Shown piece after piece: positions 1 through 6,336 of a stretch of DNA of 14,709 nucleotides. The stretch is from Trueperaceae bacterium (GTDB taxonomy: Bacteria; Deinococcota; Deinococci; Deinococcales; Trueperaceae), in contig JAXHLW010000010.1 in NCBI GenBank assembly GCA_034521815.1, positions 1 to 14,709 on the forward strand, given 5' to 3'. The number at the start of each line of letters is the position of its first letter. Position 1 is the stretch's first letter. The translations under genes and the position numbers were made by a program. The notes under the pieces were generated by a model. That model had not been told where the DNA came from, made no database searches, and saw nothing but the letters and a program-made list of their open reading frames with translations.

Positions 1-257
1 CATCGGCCAGCTCGCGCATGAGGGCGGCCCCGTGAACCGGCTCGATTCGCGCATGGTGCAAAATGTGGAGTTTCACGAAGCCCAACGCGACGCTGCGCAA
101 CACGCCTCAGCGTACCGCGAGCCGCCGTCGGACGTGGCTGCTGTTCTCGTCCGTAAGGCCTGCCGCGTAGCGAGCTGGGACCGTCAAGCGCGTCGGTGCC
201 CGTCGCGACCGGCCACGAACGGCGGGGTCATCGGAATCGCTATGCGATGCGTTCGGC

Positions 258-316
258 TCGTGACGTTCGTCTTCGTGACATTTGGCCTTGGAGCTCGCAT
301 CGAAACAGCCTAATGT
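258..316 (+). promoter_or_regulatory. Putative activator-dependent sigmaA promoter with two tandem GTGAC-N4-G(T/G)C sites
   Basis: TTGGAG (288-293), 17 bp, TAATGT (311-316). Sites GTGACGTTCGTCTT (260-273) and GTGACATTTGGCCT (275-288); the second abuts the -35 and is centred near -41.5 if the TSS is about 323. Confidence 0.5.
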
Positions 317-371
317 CCGGGTGTGCATATCGCGGGCCCGGCTCGTAGTCTCAGGTGCACACGGAGGTTTC

Positions 372-1457
372 ATGCGTTTCATCCGCACGCTCGCCACGTC
401 GATCGTGGCTCTATCGTTGGTGGCCCTGTTGGGCCTTGCGACCGCCCAGAACGGGGTCCTGCAATCGGTCAAGGTTCCCTATCCGCCGCTCATCGACGGG
501 AACGCCGGAGAAGCGCTCTGGTCCGAGGCCCCCGTCTTGGAGCTCGAAACCTACGGCGCGGGCCACTGGGGCGCCGCGAACGAGTCGGAGACGACCGTGC
601 AGCTTCGGTCGGTTCACACCGACGACGCCGTCTACTTCCTCGCGCGCTGGGCGGATCCCACCTTCTCGCTGGACCGGAAGCGCTGGATCGTGCAGGACGG
701 CACCTGGGTCGGTCAGGACCAAACTCCGTTGCGCGAGGGCGGCGCGTCCACGTTCTACGAGGACAAGCTGGCGTTCCTCTGGGTCATCGACGCCGAGTCG
801 ATCGTCGAGGACGAGAGCTTCTGGCCCACCTACTTCGAGCCCGAGGACGCGCCCGATGCGGGGTACGAGCGTCCCGTCAAGGCGATGCCCGATGGTGAGC
901 TGCTGGACCTCTGGCACTTCAAGCTCGTCCGCAACAACTACACGACGCCGTCGCAGGTCGATGACCAGTACGTCGACGACACGCTGGACGCCGAAGCGAA
1001 CCGGAACGCCGGACGCAAAGGCGACCCCGGCGACGGCGGCTACTACTCCAACGCCAAGGAGTACACGACGCCCGACGGCGAGACGGTGACGGGCCCCTGG
1101 TACTACGTGCCAGGAAACCCCAACGTGTACATCGTGACCCACGACATGGTGGAGCGCGGCGAGGCCGTCGAGATCGAGGACTACGAGCAGCTGACCTCGT
1201 TCGCCGAGGGCACGCGGCTTCCTAGCGTCATCGGCCGGCCGTTCACCGGCAGCCGGGGCGACATCCGCGGCAAGGACACCTGGAGCGACGGCTGGCACAC
1301 GCTCGAGATCGGCCGGGCGCTCGACACGGGCACTCCTGACGTGGACGTGGTCTTCTCCGATCTGTCGGTGCCGTACTTCTTCGGCGTCGGAAGCTTCGAC
1401 AACTCGCAGATCGCCCACGGGGTGACCGACCTCATCGGATTCGAGTTCATCGACTAG
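372..1457 (+). CDS. Secreted ethylbenzene-dehydrogenase-gamma-like (EB_dh / DOMON-like heme-binding family) protein, 361 aa
   Basis: GGAGG at 363-367 before ATG 372. Sec signal peptide ending ATA|Q. Family-like motifs: PLIDG..W..AP, VYFLARWADPT, YEDKLAFLW, DLWHFK, WSDGWHTLEIGRALDTG, FGVGSFDN...H. Confidence 0.75.
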   Translation: MRFIRTLATSIVALSLVALLGLATAQNGVLQSVKVPYPPLIDGNAGEALWSEAPVLELETYGAGHWGAANESETTVQLRSVHTDDAVYFLARWADPTFSLDRKRWIVQDGTWVGQDQTPLREGGASTFYEDKLAFLWVIDAESIVEDESFWPTYFEPEDAPDAGYERPVKAMPDGELLDLWHFKLVRNNYTTPSQVDDQYVDDTLDAEANRNAGRKGDPGDGGYYSNAKEYTTPDGETVTGPWYYVPGNPNVYIVTHDMVERGEAVEIEDYEQLTSFAEGTRLPSVIGRPFTGSRGDIRGKDTWSDGWHTLEIGRALDTGTPDVDVVFSDLSVPYFFGVGSFDNSQIAHGVTDLIGFEFID

Positions 1458-1474
1458 CGTACGTCCCGCACACG

Positions 1475-1520
1475 GCCGAGTCGTGGCGCGCGATCCGCGC
1501 GCCACGACTCGGCGCTTCTC
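1475..1520 (+). terminator. Intrinsic terminator-like hairpin after the EB_dh-like gene
   Basis: Perfect 18-bp arms GCCGAGTCGTGGCGCGCG (1475-1492) and CGCGCGCCACGACTCGGC (1496-1513) with a 3-nt loop, followed by pyrimidine-rich GCTTCTCT. Confidence 0.7.
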
Positions 1521-1626
1521 TGGCTTCTCCCTCGATCGTCAGCGCGGGTCCGCCCTCGACGCCACCGGACAGGACGTGCGCAGTGCGGACAGGTGTCGCG
1601 TCGCCCCACTCCCGAGCGCGCGGGCG

Positions 1627-1638
1627 TATCGTGCAGGC
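1627..1638 (+). promoter_or_regulatory. -10 hexamer for a probably leaderless arsR transcript
   Basis: TATCGT (1627-1632) then 6 nt then ATG 1639; no clear SD. Confidence 0.55.
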
Positions 1639-1998
1639 ATGACGGTCGCCGAGCGGATTCACCTTCTCACCGATCAGACGCGGTGGAAGATCGCCCAGTT
1701 CCTGATGGACCCGGTGCAGTCCTGTTGCGGGCGCGATGACGGCGTCTGCGGCTGCGACATCGAGACGTTCCTCGGCGTGGCTCAACCGACGGTCAGCTAC
1801 CACATGCGTTTGCTCGCGGAGGCCGGCTTCGTCGTCGCCGAACGCCGTGGTCGATGGGTCTACTACGAGCTCGCTCCGGCCGGGTTGCACGAGGTGGCGG
1901 GCGAGCTGACGCGCTTCGCGGACAGGGCCGACACCGTCGTGCGCGATGCGGACGGGATCGTCGAGCGTGCGCCAGCGGTGGTCCGGCGCAGCAGCTAG
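1639..1998 (+). CDS. arsR: ArsR/SmtB family metalloregulator, 119 aa
   Basis: D.TRWKIAQFL; SCCGRDDGVCGCDI (equivalent of the ELCVCDL site); HTH AQPTVSYHMRLLAEAGFV; wing ERRGRWVYY. Start trimmed from ORF 1483 to ATG 1639. Confidence 0.85.
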   Translation: MTVAERIHLLTDQTRWKIAQFLMDPVQSCCGRDDGVCGCDIETFLGVAQPTVSYHMRLLAEAGFVVAERRGRWVYYELAPAGLHEVAGELTRFADRADTVVRDADGIVERAPAVVRRSS

Positions 1999-2028
1999 CC
2001 ACCAAGCCAATTCGGACGGCGACGCGCC

Positions 2029-3093
2029 TCAGGGATCTTCGGATCCGCGCGTCGTCGAGGTCTTGTGGCGAACCTCGAGGATCGCGATCTTGGTGGAGTG
2101 GTTGAACGGTGCGGGGTCGGCGACCGGCTCGGACCGGCGGGTGGACGGGTAGCCGGTGACGTCGCCTGGGACGTCGATCGTCCGCTCGATCGTCATCCAG
2201 CCGCCGACGCACAGCCCCTCGAGCTCCTCCATGAACGCCGCGCCCGACACGAACAGCGAGTTGTTCACGAGGGCCAGCCTGCCTCCGCTACGGATCAGCG
2301 GCCGGACCTTGTTGACCAGACGGGCGACGTTTCGCTCCAGGTCCACCGTGCCGCCCGGCGTGCTCGAAAAGAACGGCGGGTCGAGGATCGCCAGGTCGTA
2401 GCGGACGTCCTGAAGCTTCTGGCCGCGCACGAACGAGAAGAAGTCGCGCGCCTGGAAGTCCTTGCGCTCGATTCCGAAGCCGTTGAGCGTGTACGACCTC
2501 TTCGCCACGTTCAAGAAGCGACGGTTCAAGTCGGTGTGCAGCACCCGTGCGGCCCCGCCGGCGCGGGCCGCCACGCCCAGGCTGCCGGTGTAGGCGAACG
2601 TGTTCAGCACGGTCGCCCCCTCGGCGTGGTCGATCAGCCAGCGACGCAGCTCGCGCGTGTCCAGGTAGAAGCTCGCGTCCTGGTTCATGCGCAGGTCCAC
2701 GGCGTAGCGGACGCCGTGCTCGTGCACGTCGCTGGCCACCCCTGGCCCGTCCGGATCCTCGTACGCGACGCGCCCCTGGCGCTCCAGGTCGGTCGTCCCC
2801 TCGCGCTCCTTCACGACGATCGCCTGCAGCCAGGGAAGCTGGGTACGCAGCCTGTCGATCAGCGCGCCCACGTCCGAAGCGGCGTTTACGGTGGAGGCGG
2901 GGGCGTCGGCGTCCGACGGGGACGGGCGATGGAACACCACGGCCGTCGTCGCGTACACGTCGACGACGTAGCGCGCGTCGCCCTCGAGGTGTCCGTTGAA
3001 CGCCCGGAAGGCGGTCCGGTGCGACGGCTCGATCAGGGGCGATCGCGCATCGATGGCGCTGGCTAGAAGGTCGGGCTGCGTCGGGGACGGCAC
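2029..3093 (-). CDS. Class I SAM-dependent methyltransferase, RlmK/RlmI-like (probably acts on rRNA), 354 aa
   Basis: Motifs VVDVY, EHGVRYAVDL, SFYLDTRELR, VLNTFAYTGSLGVAA..GGA (SAM binding), YDLAILDPPFF, GGRLALVNN. No apparent N-terminal PUA domain. Confidence 0.8.
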   Translation of the reverse strand: MPSPTQPDLLASAIDARSPLIEPSHRTAFRAFNGHLEGDARYVVDVYATTAVVFHRPSPSDADAPASTVNAASDVGALIDRLRTQLPWLQAIVVKEREGTTDLERQGRVAYEDPDGPGVASDVHEHGVRYAVDLRMNQDASFYLDTRELRRWLIDHAEGATVLNTFAYTGSLGVAARAGGAARVLHTDLNRRFLNVAKRSYTLNGFGIERKDFQARDFFSFVRGQKLQDVRYDLAILDPPFFSSTPGGTVDLERNVARLVNKVRPLIRSGGRLALVNNSLFVSGAAFMEELEGLCVGGWMTIERTIDVPGDVTGYPSTRRSEPVADPAPFNHSTKIAILEVRHKTSTTRGSEDP

Positions 3094-3108
3094 GCCGCGA
3101 TTGTGCCA
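3094..3108 (-). promoter_or_regulatory. Extended -10 for a probably leaderless methyltransferase transcript
   Basis: Minus strand reads TG-G-CACAAT (3108-3100), 6 nt, GTG at 3093; no SD. Confidence 0.5.
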
Positions 3109-3123
3109 CCGATCGACGGTTCA

Positions 3124-3161
3124 CGAGTCGGGCCCGCGTCGCCGCGGGGCGCTACGACTCG
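3124..3161 (-). terminator. Possible hairpin at the 3' end of the YflT-like gene
   Basis: Outer arms CGAGTCG (3124-3130) / CGACTCG (3155-3161) and an inner CCCGCG/CGCGGG stem; overlaps the stop codon; no U tract. Confidence 0.35.
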
Positions 3162-3502
3162 CGGAAGGTGGCGTTCGCCTTGCGCATGATCGCCATCACG
3201 TCGTCCGCGTTCTCGTCGGACGCTTCCACCGCCAGCAGGACGCTGTCGTCCCCGAGCGCTTCCTCGTAGAACCCGGCTTCCTCCTGGTCGACGCCCAAGC
3301 GCGTCAGCTCGTTCGAGACGTCGCCCGTGCCGAACCCCACCGCGCGGAACAGCGATCCCAGGATGCCCTGCCCGTCCGACGCGTTCTGCTGGCGACGGAT
3401 GGGGTGCAGGTCGCCCTGCTCGACGCCGGTCTCGACCAGCTGGCTGATGGCTCGTTGTGCGTCCTCGCCGGACTCGAAGATGCCGATCGTGATCGTGCTC
3501 AT
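3152..3502 (-). CDS. General stress protein (YflT/17M-like), 116 aa
   Basis: GGGAGG SD before ATG 3502. IGIFES.EDAQRAISQL...G and LTRLGVDQEEAGFYEEAL..DSVLLAV patterns typical of this family. Confidence 0.65.
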   Translation of the reverse strand: MSTITIGIFESGEDAQRAISQLVETGVEQGDLHPIRRQQNASDGQGILGSLFRAVGFGTGDVSNELTRLGVDQEEAGFYEEALGDDSVLLAVEASDENADDVMAIMRKANATFRES

Positions 3503-3599
3503 GCCGACCTCCCGATCATTCGTGTGCGCTCGTGCTGGCTGGGCGAATGGAGCGGAGCCGATCCTGCGGTCCGTGGCGTGCCCGTTCCGCTTTGGTCTA

Positions 3600-3644
3600 G
3601 GCGGTCTGGGCGCTCCTCCGTTCACCGTAGCGCCCAGACGCGCC
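3600..3644. repeat. Inverted repeat in the divergent intergenic region
   Basis: GTCTGGGCGCT (3604-3614), 14 nt, AGCGCCCAGAC (3629-3639); extends by GGCG/CGCC across one bulge. Confidence 0.6.
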
Positions 3645-3688
3645 GGGGGCTGTGACCGCGTCGGACGAGACCCGATCTCGGCGAGGGC

Positions 3689-3723
3689 TTGACGCATTGA
3701 CGTTCAAATGATCTATTGACGAT
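3689..3723 (+). promoter_or_regulatory. Promoter and probable auto-operator of the ArsR-rhodanese gene
   Basis: TTGACG (3689-3694), 17 bp, TCTATT (3712-3717, preceded by TG), 6 nt, ATG 3724. Inverted repeat TCAA-N8-TTGA (3704-3719) overlaps the -10 in an AT-rich patch. Confidence 0.55.
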
Positions 3724-4407
3724 ATGAGTGATTCGAACCGTCTCTCGCCCAAGCAGGCGGTGTACGAACGATTGGCGCAGGTGCCGCAGGCCCTCTCCAG
3801 CGGCCCGCGGCTGGAGCTGCTGGACCTTCTCGCTCAGGGCGAGAAGACGGTCGCGACCCTGGCGCGCCAGGCGGACCTCAGCGTCGCGAACGCCAGCCAG
3901 CACCTCCAGGTGTTGCGGCGGGCCGGTCTGGCGGCCGTGCGTCGCGACGGCCGCCAGGCGTTCTACAGCTTGGCGGGAGACGACGTGCAGCGGCTCGTGC
4001 AGGCGGTCCGCGCCGTCGGGGAGACGCGCCTCGCCGAGATGGATCGCCTGCTGGACGCCCTGCACGCCGGTAGCGGCGAGCCGGTGACGACCGCGGAGCT
4101 TCGCGAGCGGCTCTCCGCCGGCGACACGATCCTCCTGGACGTTCGACCGGCCGACGAGTACGGAGCGGGCCACCTGCCCGGCGCCTGGTCGATCCCGATC
4201 GGCGAGCTCGAAGCGCGCCTCGAGGAGCTGCCGCCAGACGTCGACGTCGTGGCGTACTGTCGAGGGCCGTACTGCGCACTCTCGGACCGCGCGGTTCAGC
4301 TGTTGACGCACAGCGGACGGACGGCCCGCCGCCTGCGCGAAGGCGTTGCCGATTGGCGCTCGGAAGGGCTTCCGGTCGAAACGGCCTCCGTCGCTGGGGA
4401 CGGGTGA
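3724..4407 (+). CDS. ArsR-family regulator fused to a C-terminal rhodanese domain, 227 aa
   Basis: N-terminal PRLELLDLLAQGEKTV...SVANASQHLQVLRRAGL. C-terminal LLDVRPADEYGAGHLPGA, active-site loop YCRGPYC, L.EG..DW...GLP. Confidence 0.9.
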   Translation: MSDSNRLSPKQAVYERLAQVPQALSSGPRLELLDLLAQGEKTVATLARQADLSVANASQHLQVLRRAGLAAVRRDGRQAFYSLAGDDVQRLVQAVRAVGETRLAEMDRLLDALHAGSGEPVTTAELRERLSAGDTILLDVRPADEYGAGHLPGAWSIPIGELEARLEELPPDVDVVAYCRGPYCALSDRAVQLLTHSGRTARRLREGVADWRSEGLPVETASVAGDG

Positions 4408-4423
4408 GGGACGCGCGACGGCG

Positions 4424-5573
4424 ATGAGGGACGGGGTCAGCGCGGGCTTCTGGCTGCTGGCCCTGATCAACCTGTTCGTGGGCTCGATGGTGGGGCTCGA
4501 GCGGACGGTGCTGCCGCTGGTGGCCCAGCAGGACTTCGCCCTCCGCAGCGGCGCGGCGGTCGGCGGTTTCGTCGTCGCGTTCGCGGCCGCGAAGGCCGTC
4601 ATGAACCTGCTGGCGGGCGCGACCGCGGACCGCCTTGGACGTAAGCGCGTCTTGGTGCTGGGATGGCTCGTATCGCTACCGGTCGCCCCGCTGCTGGCGT
4701 GGGCGCCGTCGTGGGACGTGGTGATCGCGGCGAACGTGCTCCTGGGGGCGGGCCAGGCGCTGACCTGGTCGATGACCGTGAACATGATGGTGGACCTGAT
4801 GCCGTCCGGCCGACGCGGCTTCGCCGCCGGGATGAACGAGTTCGCGGGCTACCTGGGCGTCGCCGCGACGGCGTTCCTGACAGGCCTGATCGCCTCGCAG
4901 GCGGGCCTGCAGGCCGTGGCCGTTCGTGCTGGGCGTCGCGCTGGCCGGGATCGGCCTGGCGCTGTCGCTGGCCGCGCCCGAAACCGCGCCGACGGGCCGC
5001 GCGCCCCCGCTGCGCTGGGTGCGGGGGGTCGGCGTTCCCAGCCTGCTGGGCCTCGCCACGAACCTCAAGGACGGCCTGGTGTGGCTGTCGCTGCCGTTGC
5101 TGCTAGAAGGGCGGGGCTTCGGCCTGCCCCAGATCGGGCTGGTGGCCGGCCTCTACCCGCTGGTCTGGGCCGCCGGCCAGCCGCTGTTCGGGCCGCTGTC
5201 CGACCGCATCGGGCGGCGCGGGCCGGTGGCGGTCGGGATGGCGCTGCAAGGCGCCGGCCTGGGCCTGCTGGCGGTCGCCACCACGCTGCCCGCGGCGCTG
5301 ATCGCCGCGACGGTGCTGGGCCTGGGCACGGGCATGGCGTACCCGGTGCTGATCGCGCTGGTGGCCGATCGCGTCGCGCCGGCCGAGCGCGCCACCGCGC
5401 TGGGCATCTACCGCTTCTTTCGAGACGGAGGCTACGCCGTGGGCGCGCTGGTGGCGGGCGTCGGCTTGGCGCAGTTAGGAACTGCGACCGCTTGGACCGG
5501 GGTCGCGTTCGTGCCGCTGGCGATCCTCGCCTGGCGGAACGGGGCCGGGACCGAACCGGCGGACGCATCGTGA
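4424..5573 (+). pseudogene. MFS transporter interrupted by a +1 frameshift at about 4910-4911 (or a sequencing error)
   Basis: The N-half in the frame of ATG 4424 (motif A GATADRLGRKRV) turns Arg-rich after AGLQ. The C-half (GPLSDRIGRR, ERATALGIYRFFRDGG) lies in the frame of 4926..5573. Removing one base gives continuous GLRPWPFVLG and a 382-aa protein. Confidence 0.8.
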
Positions 5574-5604
5574 GTCGCGAGCGAAGCTCGCGGAGGAGGT
5601 TCCC

Positions 5605-5955
5605 GTGAACGTGCTGATCATCCTGAACGATCCGCCCTACGGAACGGAGCGCTCGTACAACGGGCTGCGACTGGCCCGCCAGCTCAGTGGACGCGACGAC
5701 GTGCGACTGCGGCTGTTTCTGATGGCGGACGCGGTCGGCTGCGGGAAGGACGGCCAGAGCACGCCGAACGGCTACTACAACGTGGCGCGGATGGTCCGCT
5801 CGGTCGCCCGCAAGGGTGCCGAGGTGGGTGCCTGCGGCACCTGCATGGACGCCCGCGGGCTGACCGACGACGAGCTGCTGGACGGCGTGCACCGCAGCAC
5901 GATGGACGAGCTGGGCGACTGGACGGTGGAGGCGGACAAGGTGATCGTGTTCTGA
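5605..5955 (+). CDS. DsrE/DsrF-like (YchN family) sulfur-relay/peroxiredoxin-like protein, 116 aa
   Basis: GGAGGAGG SD and GTG start. Motifs ILNDPPYGTERSYNGLRLA, LFLMADAV, ACGTCMDARG, ADKVIVF. Confidence 0.85.
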   Translation: MNVLIILNDPPYGTERSYNGLRLARQLSGRDDVRLRLFLMADAVGCGKDGQSTPNGYYNVARMVRSVARKGAEVGACGTCMDARGLTDDELLDGVHRSTMDELGDWTVEADKVIVF

Positions 5956-6097
5956 GGACGGCGGGTCGGACGGCCCCGTCGTGCCGACGGTTCGGTCGTG
6001 CCGACCGCTGGCGCAGCGGCGTCCGCCGCCTGATCGTGTCGCCCTCAGGCCGGCATGGCGTGACCGCCGTACGAGGGTCCGCCGCGGAGGCTGCTCG

Positions 6098-6250
6098 GTG
6101 ATCTCGGCCGGGGCCGAGCACGACGTGATCAACACCTCCGACACCGAACCTCTCAAGCTCTACACGATCTACACGCCGCCCGAGCACGCCGATGGCAAGG
6201 TCCACGAGACCAAGGCGGAAGCGGACGCCGACCACCACGACCATCCCTGA
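6098..6250 (+). pseudogene. C-terminal remnant of a cupin-domain protein
   Basis: VISAGAEHDVINTSDTEPLKLYTIYTPPEHADGKVHETKAEA matches cupin motif 2 and the tail of small ManC-like cupins. The upstream in-frame sequence is Arg/Pro-rich and lacks motif 1. Confidence 0.65.
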
Positions 6251-6336
6251 CGTCTGAAGCCGATCCTGACGCCCGACGTACCAACGAGGCGGCGGTCCTT
6301 CAGCGCAGCGCACGGGGCGACGCCCAGTCCGACCGA

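Noticed and set aside
1-54. Possible start of a minus-strand gene running off the left edge (ATG at 54 or 19)
   Set aside because: Too little sequence to assign a frame or product.
64-77. TGTGGAGTTTCACG as a Rex or CRP box
   Set aside because: GTG-to-CAC spacing is 6 nt rather than the 8 nt those consensuses need.
282-371. N-terminal extension of the EB_dh-like ORF
   Set aside because: It overlaps the predicted promoter; the SD and signal peptide point to ATG 372.
4911-5608. Arg/Gly-rich C-terminus of ORF 4346..5608 as a real domain, or a programmed frameshift
   Set aside because: It is out-of-frame read-through of the MFS; no slippery sequence is visible.
5957-5980. Terminator after the dsrE gene
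   Set aside because: The stem is short and imperfect and has no U tract.
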